This document shows, one piece after another, positions 27,795-36,615 of a DNA stretch of 64,000 nucleotides. Both the position numbers and the translations under genes were made by a program. Below the pieces are notes generated by a model. It was not told the origin of the DNA. It did not search any database and saw nothing but the letters and a program-made list of their open reading frames with translations. Numbering within the stretch: position 1 is the stretch's first letter; each line of letters opens with the position of its first letter. The DNA is from Nitrososphaeria archaeon (lineage in GTDB: Archaea; Thermoproteota; Nitrososphaeria; Conexivisphaerales; UBA164), in contig JAWDMM010000001.1 of the NCBI GenBank assembly GCA_046536595.1, positions 19,477-83,476 on the forward strand, in the 5' to 3' direction.

Positions 27795-29285
27795 CTATAC
27801 CCTTTTCAATAGCAGCTTATTAATACCGTCTATCATTGCTTCTACGCTCGTCATGACTATATCTGGACCAGTTGCGGTAGAAGATGCAATATGACCTTCT
27901 TCATCTTCAACTTTTACGCTTACCTGCGCCAGAGAATCAGAACCGCCCGTTATAGCATCTATACTGTATTCTATCAGGTTCACTTTTATTACCCCTTCAA
28001 GAGCTTTCTGAATTGCCTTAAGTGAAGCGTCAACCGGTCCTATACCTGTGCTGGAAGATTCAAAGTCTTTTTCTTTGAAGCTTATTCTTATGGACGTCGT
28101 AGGGGAAATATTCATACCTGTTACCGAAACTATTCCTTTAAGGTTCAGGTATTTTTGAGGTGAGCTTCCGGTTATTGACATTGCTATAGCGTAAAGATCA
28201 GCGTCTGTTACGTGTTTACCTGCATCCCCTAGAGCTTTAACTTTCTTAACTATTTCCTGTAACTGTTGGTCGTTAACCTGGATGCCCATTTCTTTAAGCT
28301 GTGCAGCTATGCCGTGACTTCCAGAAAGCTTTCCGGCCATAAACCATCGTTTTCTCCCAACCATTTCAGGACTTATCGGCTCATAAGTCATTGGATTGTT
28401 CAGTATGCCATGAGTGTGAATGCCGCTTTCATGCCCAAAAGCATTTTCCCCAACTATCGGCTTATTCTTTGCTATCCTTATTCCCGTAAGTTTTTCTATA
28501 AGTTTGGATGTTTCGTAAATCCTCTCGAGGGTTATACCTGTTTCAATATTATAAAGGACCTTAAGAGCAACTACCACTTCTTCTATGCTAACGTTACCTG
28601 CCCTTTCTCCTATACCGTTGACAGTACCATGAAATTGATCTGCACCGGCCTCAATAGCGGCCAGCGTGTTTGCAGTTGCAAGTCCCAGATCGTTGTGCAC
28701 ATGTACGCTTACCCTTTTGTCAGGGATCTCCTTTTTTACAGATGTAACCAATTCTTTTATCAGGCTGGGAGATGCTATGCCCACTGTATCTGCAATGTCT
28801 AGGACAGAAGCCCCACTTTCTGCAGCTTTGGAGAAAGCCTGAAGCAAAAACTCCTTTTCTGTCCTTGTTGCGTCTTCAGCGGAATATTCTATCTCAACAC
28901 CCTTATCTTTTAGATAGCTTATGTTTTCCTTTATTATCTGAAGAACTTCCTGTCTGCTTTTTTTAAGTTTATATTGAAGATGAATATCAGACGTTGCAAT
29001 AAATGCGTGAATCCTCTTTATACCAGTAGAGAGAGCTGTTTCTATATCACTGGGGTTTAACCTTGCCAGAGCCGCTACTTTGGCCTTTAGCCCCGCATTT
29101 GCAATTCTTCTTACTGCATTAAATTCTCCTTCGCTAGCTGCCGGAAAGCCAGCCTCGATTATATCTACCCCAAGGGCATCGAGAGCCTTTGCTATCTCAA
29201 ATTTATCATCTATGCTCAGGCTAACACCTGGAGTTTGTTCTCCATCCCTAAGGGTTGTGTCAAAAACGTATACTCTCCTACTCAT
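27795..29285 (-). CDS. leuA: 2-isopropylmalate synthase
   Basis: 496 aa. Carries 'FDTTLRDGEQTPGV' and 'HVHNDLGLATAN', plus a C-terminal regulatory domain. Confidence 0.9.
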   Translation of the reverse strand: MSRRVYVFDTTLRDGEQTPGVSLSIDDKFEIAKALDALGVDIIEAGFPAASEGEFNAVRRIANAGLKAKVAALARLNPSDIETALSTGIKRIHAFIATSDIHLQYKLKKSRQEVLQIIKENISYLKDKGVEIEYSAEDATRTEKEFLLQAFSKAAESGASVLDIADTVGIASPSLIKELVTSVKKEIPDKRVSVHVHNDLGLATANTLAAIEAGADQFHGTVNGIGERAGNVSIEEVVVALKVLYNIETGITLERIYETSKLIEKLTGIRIAKNKPIVGENAFGHESGIHTHGILNNPMTYEPISPEMVGRKRWFMAGKLSGSHGIAAQLKEMGIQVNDQQLQEIVKKVKALGDAGKHVTDADLYAIAMSITGSSPQKYLNLKGIVSVTGMNISPTTSIRISFKEKDFESSSTGIGPVDASLKAIQKALEGVIKVNLIEYSIDAITGGSDSLAQVSVKVEDEEGHIASSTATGPDIVMTSVEAMIDGINKLLLKRV

Positions 29286-30271
29286 TTTTCCAATCCTGCT
29301 AGTTTTCTAATTTTTTTGCCTGTTTTCTCAATCTCAAGGTTTTCTATTTCTTTCATCATTTTTTCAAGTTTCTTTTTGCTCTGCTCTGGATTTCCGGTCC
29401 ACTCTTGGGCAAAGCTCCCATCCTTAATTTCAGCGAGAAGCTTTTCCATCCTTTTTTTCACACCTTCATCTATAACTATGTTACCACGCGTTATACCTCC
29501 GTACTTTGCAGTATCACTTACTGCTTTTAACATACCAGTAAGCCCTGAAGAATAGACGAGGTCTACGATGAGCTTCATTTCGTGCAATACTTCAAAATAT
29601 GCAAGCTCCGGAGGATAACCGTTTTCCACTAGCACATCAAACCCGTTCTTAATCAGATACATAAGGCCGCCAACCAATACCGCCTGTTCGCCGAACAGGT
29701 CTTCCTCTGTTTCATCTGCAAAAGTGGTTTCAAGTACACCGACTTTGGTTGATCCCAAGCCTTTTGCATATGCCAAAGCTGTATCTTTTGCCTTGCCAGA
29801 ATAATCCTGATGGACAGCTATCAGAGATGGTACTCCAAAATTCTGCAAATATGCTTCTCTTAATTTTGGACCTGGAGATTTTGGAGCTACCATCACGACA
29901 TCAACATAACTCGGGGGTTTGATAAGTCCGAACCTTATGCTGTAACCGTGAGCAAAAAGCAACGTTTTGCCTTCTTTTAAGCTGTTCTTTATGTATTTAT
30001 CATAAACTACACCGTGCTCCGTATCAGGTATGAGCACAGCGATAAGATCCCCAACCAGTGAAGCTTCTTCTATGCTTTTAGGGTTAAAGCCATCTGCTTT
30101 TGCTGCTTCCCATGATCTGCCATTTTCTCTTACTCCTACAACTACATTTATACCAGAATCTCTTAGATTTAAAGCGTGAGCTCTTCCCTGGCTACCGTAA
30201 CCTATTATAGCTACGGTTTTATTCTTTATATTGTTTAAATCAGCGTCCGAATCGTAATATATCTTTACCAT
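29282..30271 (-). CDS. ilvC: Ketol-acid reductoisomerase
   Basis: 329 aa. Carries 'IIGYGSQGRAHALNLRDSG' and 'LFGEQAVL'. Confidence 0.95.
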   Translation of the reverse strand: MVKIYYDSDADLNNIKNKTVAIIGYGSQGRAHALNLRDSGINVVVGVRENGRSWEAAKADGFNPKSIEEASLVGDLIAVLIPDTEHGVVYDKYIKNSLKEGKTLLFAHGYSIRFGLIKPPSYVDVVMVAPKSPGPKLREAYLQNFGVPSLIAVHQDYSGKAKDTALAYAKGLGSTKVGVLETTFADETEEDLFGEQAVLVGGLMYLIKNGFDVLVENGYPPELAYFEVLHEMKLIVDLVYSSGLTGMLKAVSDTAKYGGITRGNIVIDEGVKKRMEKLLAEIKDGSFAQEWTGNPEQSKKKLEKMMKEIENLEIEKTGKKIRKLAGLEK

Positions 30272-30734
30272 CTTCTTTCACCACAGCTGCTATTCCTGTC
30301 CTCGATATATGTATTATCTTGAACTTGGAAAGATCATTTATAAGCTCTTCGACATTCGCAGGCTCACCGACATACTTTAATATCAATGAACCATTTTTTA
30401 TCAACTGCGCACCATAATTATTAGCTACATTTTGCAATCTATCTGGATCGCCTTCTAATTTGGCCAGCAAAAGCTCCTGTACATAGCATGAGTCTTTTGG
30501 TGCTTCAACAACTTCATAAACATCTATTAGTTTTTTTACCATTCTCGCAAAGCTATCCGCTTCTTCGTCGTCAGCATTTATAGTTATTATTATCTGAGAT
30601 TCATCCTTTGCCAGCGTTTTGCCAACTGTAACGCTCTCTATGTTAAAGTTTCTGCGCCTGAATACGTTAGTTATTTTAAAAAGCACTCCTGGCTTATCTG
30701 CTACGGTTATAAAAAACACCCTTTCTTTTTTCAT
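30240..30734 (-). CDS. ilvN: Acetolactate synthase small (regulatory, ACT) subunit
   Basis: 164 aa. ACT domain 'FFITVADKPGVLFKITNVFRRRNFNIESV'. It overlaps ilvB by 4 nt. Confidence 0.85.
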   Translation of the reverse strand: MKKERVFFITVADKPGVLFKITNVFRRRNFNIESVTVGKTLAKDESQIIITINADDEEADSFARMVKKLIDVYEVVEAPKDSCYVQELLLAKLEGDPDRLQNVANNYGAQLIKNGSLILKYVGEPANVEELINDLSKFKIIHISRTGIAAVVKEDGKDILRFGR

Positions 30735-32416
30735 ACTATCATTTCCCTCAAACTTTTTCCAGCCGGGACAAATGGGAAAACGTTTTCTTCTGGCGATATG
30801 GGGACGTCTATAACATAGGTAACTTCGCTTCTAACGGCTTCTTTAAAGTACTTAACAAAATCCTCAAGACCGTTTACCCTGACACCTTCAGCGCCATAAG
30901 CTCTTGCGAGCGCTGGAAAATTAGGAGTTTCTCCTAAAGATGATGCTATGTATCTGTTATTATATACAATCCTTTGCCATTGAGCTATCATGCCTAGCGT
31001 CGCGTTATCCAGGATAACCACCACTACAGGTATGCCTTCTGAAACGCTAGTGGCCAAGCTGTTAGATGTCATCAAGAAGCTTCCATCCCCTGCAATGTCC
31101 ACTACAGTTTTATCAAATTTTGCAACTTTAGCGCCTATTGCAGCTGGAAATCCGAAACCCATGGTGCCCAAACCGCCGCTTGTTATGAAAGTTCTGGGCT
31201 TTAATGCCTTATAAAACAGCTCAGCCCATGCCTGCGCCTGGCCTACTTCTGTAGTCACGATATCATCTGGACCAAGTATCTCTCTGATTTTCTTTATGAT
31301 GAGCGGGCTCATCACTTTTTCTCCGAAGATTCTGTCATCGTAATAATCCTTGAGTTCCTTAACTCTTTTGTGCCATGGAGAACTTTTTATATAAGGCATC
31401 ATCTTTTTTATCTCCGAAACCAAAATGCTCAGCGATTCTTTCAAATCTCCTATCACAGGAAATTCATTAACAAGATTTTTTCTAGCTTCAGTTGGATCTA
31501 TGTCAAAGTGTAGTATCATTCTGTCTTTTGTAAATTCCTTAGTATCCATCGTAGTTCTGTCAGAAAACCTAACCCCTATTCCTATAATCAGGTCGCTTTC
31601 CATTATAAGTGTGTTTGCATGATATGTGCCGTGCATTCCAATGGGACCGACTGACAGGAAATGGTTTTCTGGTACAGCTCCTTTACCCATCAATGTGCTT
31701 GCAATGGGAATCATGAACGTTTCTGCAAGCTCTAATACCAGGGGACCAACTTCTGACTTTACTGCTCCTCCACCTACCAGAATTACCGGTTTCTGGGCCT
31801 GTATGATCATTTTTGCCGCTTCTCTCAATGCTTCTGGATCTGGTTTTATGTACGGCCTATAACCTTTAATTTCTATTTTTTCTGGAAACTCGATTTCAGC
31901 TGTTTCCGTTTGAACGTCTTTTGGCAGGTCTACAAGCACTGGTCCCTGCCTCCCCGTGCTGGAGATATAGAAAGCAGCTTTTATATCAAACGGTATTTCA
32001 GAAGCGGAAAGGGGCTGAAACGCGTATTTTACAATGGGGCTGTAGATGCCCACCGTATCTATTTCTTGAAATGCATCTTTACCTATGTAACTTTTTGCGA
32101 CCTGACCCGTTAAAGCTACCACAGGAGACGAATCAAGATAAGCTGTGGCTACACCGGTCAGCAGGTTTGTAGCACCTGGCCCCGAAGTTGCAGTACAAAC
32201 GCCCACCTTGCCAGACGCTCTTGCGTAACCGTCAGCCATATGAGCGGCAGATTGCTCATGCCTCGCCAGAACGTGTTTGATGTTCGAGTCCTTTAAAGCA
32301 TCATAAAAAGGCAGCGTAGCTCCTCCCGGTATGCCAAATATTACCTCTACTTTTTCCTCTTCTAATGCCTTTACTAAGGCTTGAGCTCCACTTAAATAAG
32401 ACGCCATTACTAACAT
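30731..32416 (-). CDS. ilvB: Acetolactate synthase large subunit (ThDP-dependent)
   Basis: 561 aa. Carries 'GGLGTMGFGFPAAIGAK' and the ThDP motif 'GDGSFLMTSNSL'. Confidence 0.95.
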   Translation of the reverse strand: MLVMASYLSGAQALVKALEEEKVEVIFGIPGGATLPFYDALKDSNIKHVLARHEQSAAHMADGYARASGKVGVCTATSGPGATNLLTGVATAYLDSSPVVALTGQVAKSYIGKDAFQEIDTVGIYSPIVKYAFQPLSASEIPFDIKAAFYISSTGRQGPVLVDLPKDVQTETAEIEFPEKIEIKGYRPYIKPDPEALREAAKMIIQAQKPVILVGGGAVKSEVGPLVLELAETFMIPIASTLMGKGAVPENHFLSVGPIGMHGTYHANTLIMESDLIIGIGVRFSDRTTMDTKEFTKDRMILHFDIDPTEARKNLVNEFPVIGDLKESLSILVSEIKKMMPYIKSSPWHKRVKELKDYYDDRIFGEKVMSPLIIKKIREILGPDDIVTTEVGQAQAWAELFYKALKPRTFITSGGLGTMGFGFPAAIGAKVAKFDKTVVDIAGDGSFLMTSNSLATSVSEGIPVVVVILDNATLGMIAQWQRIVYNNRYIASSLGETPNFPALARAYGAEGVRVNGLEDFVKYFKEAVRSEVTYVIDVPISPEENVFPFVPAGKSLREMIV

Positions 32417-32627
32417 ATTAAAACTACGTTTTATAAATTTTTGTAATATAAAATGATTATTAAAAATTAATTTTATAATAAAATATTTTTATAAAACGAA
32501 AGCAATTATAAAAAATATATAAAAAATCAAAGGTTAATATGTAATATTTATTCAAAAATTATGGCATTTTTTTATATAAAATTGATGATTTCGTTAATCG
32601 GCATAATTAAATAAAAATTTTTAATTT

Positions 32628-33341
32628 TTAAAACTTATTTTTGATGCTTTTAACAAAATCGTACACATGCAAGTAATCGATTTCTTTTGTTAAAGGTATA
32701 GCGTATATATCTGGATTTTTGCCAATATGATCTGCTACAGAAGCATAGTAGCTTTCAACAGACTTTAGAGGTTCATCGGACTTTAGGAATTCTTCTGGTA
32801 CATTAAAACCCTTTTCCTTTAACTTTAGATAATCCTCTTTTTTATTTGAAATCCCTATGAGCAAAAACAAATCAAGACCAGAAATTTTCTTAACCGCTTC
32901 TAAATCCTTTACTTCTGGAAAAACCTGCGTAACAAAAAATTTAGCTCCGCCTTTTATTCGCGATTCCAGTGTTTTTTTATTAAAAACTGCCCCTATTCTG
33001 AACTTTGAAGAAGCGTAATCTAAAACATCTTTAACTTTAGTAAAAGAATAAGGTCCCTGCACCAAAAGAACGCTATTTATGCCCATCTTTTTTATACATT
33101 GCAAACGAGACTTGTTTGCAGCTAGACTTCTATGGCCAACTGACTGTGTTATTATTATTTCTTTTTCGTTTATTTTATCTTTCAGAACGCCTATCAGAGC
33201 GCATGCATCTATAGTTGGTTTTTTCAGAGGCAGATCTGGTACAAAAATGCCATCTATCAGGTTTTTTAACGCAACAGTATAGTTTATTACTCTTTCAAAA
33301 TTTGATAAATAAATTTCGGGTAATTCAAAATATATTTTCAT
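32628..33341 (-). CDS. Methylenetetrahydrofolate reductase (MetF)-like TIM-barrel protein
   Basis: 237 aa. 'GAKFFVTQVF' resembles the MTHFR 'GA.F.iTQ.fF' motif. It lies 1 nt downstream of the SAM synthetase gene and is shorter than canonical MetF. Confidence 0.45.
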   Translation of the reverse strand: MKIYFELPEIYLSNFERVINYTVALKNLIDGIFVPDLPLKKPTIDACALIGVLKDKINEKEIIITQSVGHRSLAANKSRLQCIKKMGINSVLLVQGPYSFTKVKDVLDYASSKFRIGAVFNKKTLESRIKGGAKFFVTQVFPEVKDLEAVKKISGLDLFLLIGISNKKEDYLKLKEKGFNVPEEFLKSDEPLKSVESYYASVADHIGKNPDIYAIPLTKEIDYLHVYDFVKSIKNKF

Positions 33342-33342
33342 T

Positions 33343-34527
33343 TTAATATAGTGAAACGTTTCCTTCCAGTATTTTTAACCAGAGTTTAGGCGCTTCCTGC
33401 AAACTATCTTTCACAACGCTTTCAGCATAGCTGCTTACAGCTTCATCCGAAATGTCTGCGCTTGCTTCAACGTAAACCGACTGCGGTTCAGTTATTGGAG
33501 ATCCGATCTGGCTGAGCATATAAACGTTGGCGCTCGCTATATGTTTGTTTTCTTCAACCAACTTTTTCGCTATATCCATTGCCAGAACAGAATAAAGTTT
33601 ACCGGTATGGCTTATTGGGTTTTTTCCTGCTGTAGCTTCAAGCGACATAGGCCTAAAAGGCGTTATAAGCCCGTTAGCTCTGTTCCCTCTTCCAACCTGT
33701 CCATCGTCGCCGTTTTCTGCGCTTGTGCCTGTTACAGTCAGATAGTATATATCTTTGTCAGGTTTATCTGCACCGTTTATTGTAAGGTCTACCTTCATTT
33801 TTGTTATTTGCGAAGACAGTTCAAGAAGCTTGATAGTTAACTGACGCTTTACTTCCAGATAATCTTCCTTACTTTTTATCAGACTTGATATCATTGCTGC
33901 AGCTATCGTAAGCTTAATTTCGTTTTCGTGCCTTAGTGCCATTACTTTTATATCTTCACCTACCTGCGGGAAAAGTTCTTTACCTTCTTTTGAGTTTATG
34001 AATTTTTCTACTTCTAGCGCAAGCCTTTCAGAATCTGTCATCGGGTAAAATCCAACGCCGAAGCTTGTGTCGTTCGCAAGAGGAATATCGTTACCTGCTT
34101 CAAAGTTCTTTACAAGGTCAGCACTTCCCTGTTTTATTCTGTAATCCACTATTATATGAGTTTCAGGATCAAGGTACCTGAGGTTTTCTTTTATGTAAGA
34201 TTTGGCTGCTGTTATAGCTAGTCTTCCGATAGGAACCGTATCTTCTTTGTCAAGCCTTCCGATAGCCCTTCCTACGAGCATAAGATATATTGGTTCTACG
34301 ACTTCTCCTCCGCCAAACCAAGCTCTTGCCTGACCCCCTACCAGAATTGCTTTGTCAACGTTATGATGCAGTATTCTTCCGGTTTTTTCGAGATAATATT
34401 TGCTTAGGGATACGCTTAGATTTTCGCTTATTCCGTCGCATATCGTATCGGGGTGTCCCTTTCCTTTTCTTTCCACAAATTCCATAGAGGGTTCATATTT
34501 TGGTATCTTTTTGGCACTGATAATCAT
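33343..34527 (-). CDS. mat: S-adenosylmethionine synthetase, archaeal type
   Basis: 394 aa. '[15 protein letters not shown]' and the overall archaeal MAT layout. Confidence 0.9.
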   Translation of the reverse strand: MIISAKKIPKYEPSMEFVERKGKGHPDTICDGISENLSVSLSKYYLEKTGRILHHNVDKAILVGGQARAWFGGGEVVEPIYLMLVGRAIGRLDKEDTVPIGRLAITAAKSYIKENLRYLDPETHIIVDYRIKQGSADLVKNFEAGNDIPLANDTSFGVGFYPMTDSERLALEVEKFINSKEGKELFPQVGEDIKVMALRHENEIKLTIAAAMISSLIKSKEDYLEVKRQLTIKLLELSSQITKMKVDLTINGADKPDKDIYYLTVTGTSAENGDDGQVGRGNRANGLITPFRPMSLEATAGKNPISHTGKLYSVLAMDIAKKLVEENKHIASANVYMLSQIGSPITEPQSVYVEASADISDEAVSSYAESVVKDSLQEAPKLWLKILEGNVSLY

Positions 34528-34528
34528 C

Positions 34529-35086
34529 TTATCCTTTAAGTATGTCAGAACGGGTTATTATACCTATCACTTTTCCCTGATGGGATACAAGAACAGCGTT
34601 ATAAAAGGTCAAGATAGCCATAATCAAATTTATCGGGGTCGATTCATCGACTATTGGATATGGAGGATCCATAAACTCATCAACTTTGCTTTCCTGAATT
34701 TTTTTTATATCCTTGCCTTTAAGCATATGCTGTACAAGGTTAGATTCGCTTATCATTCCAACTACCTTGCCATCTTCAGTAAGGACTGGTACTTGGCTTA
34801 TTGAATTATCTTGCATTATCTTTATAGCATCTATGACCCTTGAACCAAGTTTTACATACTTTAGATCTCTTGTCATTATCTCAGCGGCTACCTTTACGTT
34901 TAAAGATCTTACGTCTTCAAGCGCTTTGAATATTTTTTGGACGTTACTGTAACTCGGATCTATATGACCTTTCTCCACCTTAGCTATATACGATTGACTT
35001 AAACCAGAAAGCTTTGCCAGTTCTCTCTGCGAAAGCCCCAAAGCTTTTCTAAGCTTCTTTATGTCAGCTAGCTCATACGCGTTCAT
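34529..35086 (-). CDS. XRE-type HTH plus tandem-CBS transcriptional regulator
   Basis: 185 aa. HTH 'LRKALGLSQRELAKLSGLSQSYIAKVEKG', followed by two CBS repeats ('ISQVPVLTEDGKVVGMISESNL', 'NAVLVSHQGKVIGIITRSDI'). Confidence 0.8.
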   Translation of the reverse strand: MNAYELADIKKLRKALGLSQRELAKLSGLSQSYIAKVEKGHIDPSYSNVQKIFKALEDVRSLNVKVAAEIMTRDLKYVKLGSRVIDAIKIMQDNSISQVPVLTEDGKVVGMISESNLVQHMLKGKDIKKIQESKVDEFMDPPYPIVDESTPINLIMAILTFYNAVLVSHQGKVIGIITRSDILKG

Positions 35087-36401
35087 AAAATATCCTCGAA
35101 GCTACGATCAGAGAATCCCAGACAGGAGCGAAAGGTGGAGCATATGGAACGCCTGAAAAGAACATGTTATCAACCGTTATTTCGTTTTCTATTGCCAGGG
35201 ATAGATAAGCCACGCGACCCCAAACGTTCTTTCCTATAACCTGAGCTCCTAAAGGCACCCTTCTTTTTTTATCAAATATTACTTTCATATAAACTTCTTC
35301 AGGGGGTGGATAATAACTCGCTTTTGCGTTATGCCTGATCTTAACAGGAAAGACTTCGATTCCATGTTTCTTAGCATCTTCTTCGCTTATTCCAACTACA
35401 CCTATCTCAGTATCATAAAATTTTGTTATAGAGCTCCCTGCGCTTCCCGGAAACTTTATATTTTGGTTTCCTATGTTAGAACCAGCCACGTATCCCTCTT
35501 TGTTAGCTTCCGGAGCAAATGGTGCATACCTTTTTCTTCCTTTTATTACCAGATCGTTCACTTCAACGTTATCGCCTGCTGCATAAACGCTAGGATTGCT
35601 AGTACGCATATTTTCATCAACCCATATGGCCCCTGTTTCGCCAATCTTCAGACCGATCGACCTAGCAAGCTCTACGTTTGGTTTTACACCTAATCCGAGC
35701 ACAGCAGCGTCAAAAATCGGCTGCTCTGAGTCGCCAACAACTCTTACCTTTTCCCCTGTATTTTCAAGCGCTCTAACTGTGAAACCTTCAACAACCTTTA
35801 CAGATTTTTTTTCCATTTCCTGCCTTAGAAACTGGCTGTAATCCGGATCAAGATTTGGCATTAAACGCTTCATTTCAAACACGGTTACGTTTTTATTTAT
35901 TTTCGATAGCGCTTCTGCCATCTCAACACCTACATATCCCCCTCCTATAACTGCTATATTCTTAAGGCCCTGCAGATCTTTTCTTAGCCTTTCCCCATCT
36001 TCTAGATGACGCAAAGCGTAAACGTGATTTATCTCTAACCATTTTTTGTCAGGAACGAACGGAATAGCCCCTGTAGCCAGTATTAGATAATCAAAGCTTT
36101 CTGTTTTTTCGCCTTCATCTGAAATTCGTGTTATTTCTTTGGCGTTCAAGTCAACTTTCGTAACTCTGGTGTTTATATGAACATCGATGTTTCTTTCTTT
36201 TCTGAAAAACTCTGGTGTGTACGTCACAAGATCGTTTATATCTTCAACGAGGTTTTCTACATAGTACGGGAGGCCACAGGGTGCATAAGAAACATAAGAA
36301 GATTCTTCAAAAACCTTAACTTCAGATTGCGGTAAAAGCTTCCTGACTCTTGAAGCAGCGCTCATTCCAGCGGCTCCGCCACCAACAACTATTACCTTCA
36401 T
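35073..36401 (-). CDS. Pyridine nucleotide-disulfide oxidoreductase (NADH oxidase / CoA-disulfide reductase type)
   Basis: 442 aa. Carries 'VIVVGGGAAGMSAA', the redox Cys in 'SYAPCGLPYY', and a second Rossmann motif 'IAVIGGGYVGVEMAE'. Confidence 0.85.
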   Translation of the reverse strand: MKVIVVGGGAAGMSAASRVRKLLPQSEVKVFEESSYVSYAPCGLPYYVENLVEDINDLVTYTPEFFRKERNIDVHINTRVTKVDLNAKEITRISDEGEKTESFDYLILATGAIPFVPDKKWLEINHVYALRHLEDGERLRKDLQGLKNIAVIGGGYVGVEMAEALSKINKNVTVFEMKRLMPNLDPDYSQFLRQEMEKKSVKVVEGFTVRALENTGEKVRVVGDSEQPIFDAAVLGLGVKPNVELARSIGLKIGETGAIWVDENMRTSNPSVYAAGDNVEVNDLVIKGRKRYAPFAPEANKEGYVAGSNIGNQNIKFPGSAGSSITKFYDTEIGVVGISEEDAKKHGIEVFPVKIRHNAKASYYPPPEEVYMKVIFDKKRRVPLGAQVIGKNVWGRVAYLSLAIENEITVDNMFFSGVPYAPPFAPVWDSLIVASRIFYERV

Positions 36402-36460
36402 GGTAAAAATTAAACAAAAAGGGTAATTTAACCTTTCTTAACTTAATTTTAAACGGGCTT

Positions 36461-36615
36461 TTTAACTCTTTTTTTCTCCTTTTAGTATATATCTGAGAAC
36501 TTCCTTTTCCAGTATTGTTCCTACAAGCTCCCCGTGTTCATTTACTACAGCAACTACCTGCGCATCGCTCATTTTAAACACTTCCAGCACATCAGAACCT
36601 GAAGCCGATTTCTGA
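36461..36615 (-). pseudogene. 3'-terminal fragment of a CBS-domain gene, truncated at the edge of the IS-derived element
   Basis: The minus-strand frame reads ...GSDVLEVFKMSDAQVVAVVNEHGELVGTILEKEVLRYILKGEKKS*, a typical CBS beta-alpha-beta ending. No N-terminal part is present. The frame closes (tga) inside the GC-rich element upstream. Confidence 0.45.

Noticed and set aside
28266-28802. Long antisense ORFs inside well-supported genes. Examples: 28266-28802 in leuA, 13678-14154 in dhaK, 24354-24761 across the thiolase/HMGCS junction, 10323-10724 in the DUF1512-like gene, 44707-45108 in fdrA, and 34400-34804 across mat and the HTH-CBS gene.
   Set aside because: Their S/F/L/P/C-rich composition is typical of the complement of real coding frames. 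None has a motif. In each case the opposite strand carries strong family signatures.
32417-32627. A 210-bp region upstream of ilvB with very high A+T by eye, considered as a replication origin (DUE).
   Set aside because: No orc1/cdc6 gene is nearby and I could find no repeated ORB-like boxes flanking it. It is adequately explained as the promoter and leader of a long biosynthetic operon in an AT-rich genome.
36400-36615. A 71-codon plus-strand frame that is not in the supplied track (MVKIKQKGNLTFLNL...EPEADF*) and ends in the tga of the element.
   Set aside because: It is low-complexity, rich in S, T, F and L. It is antisense to a clear CBS coding fragment and to the nox promoter region. Most likely spurious.
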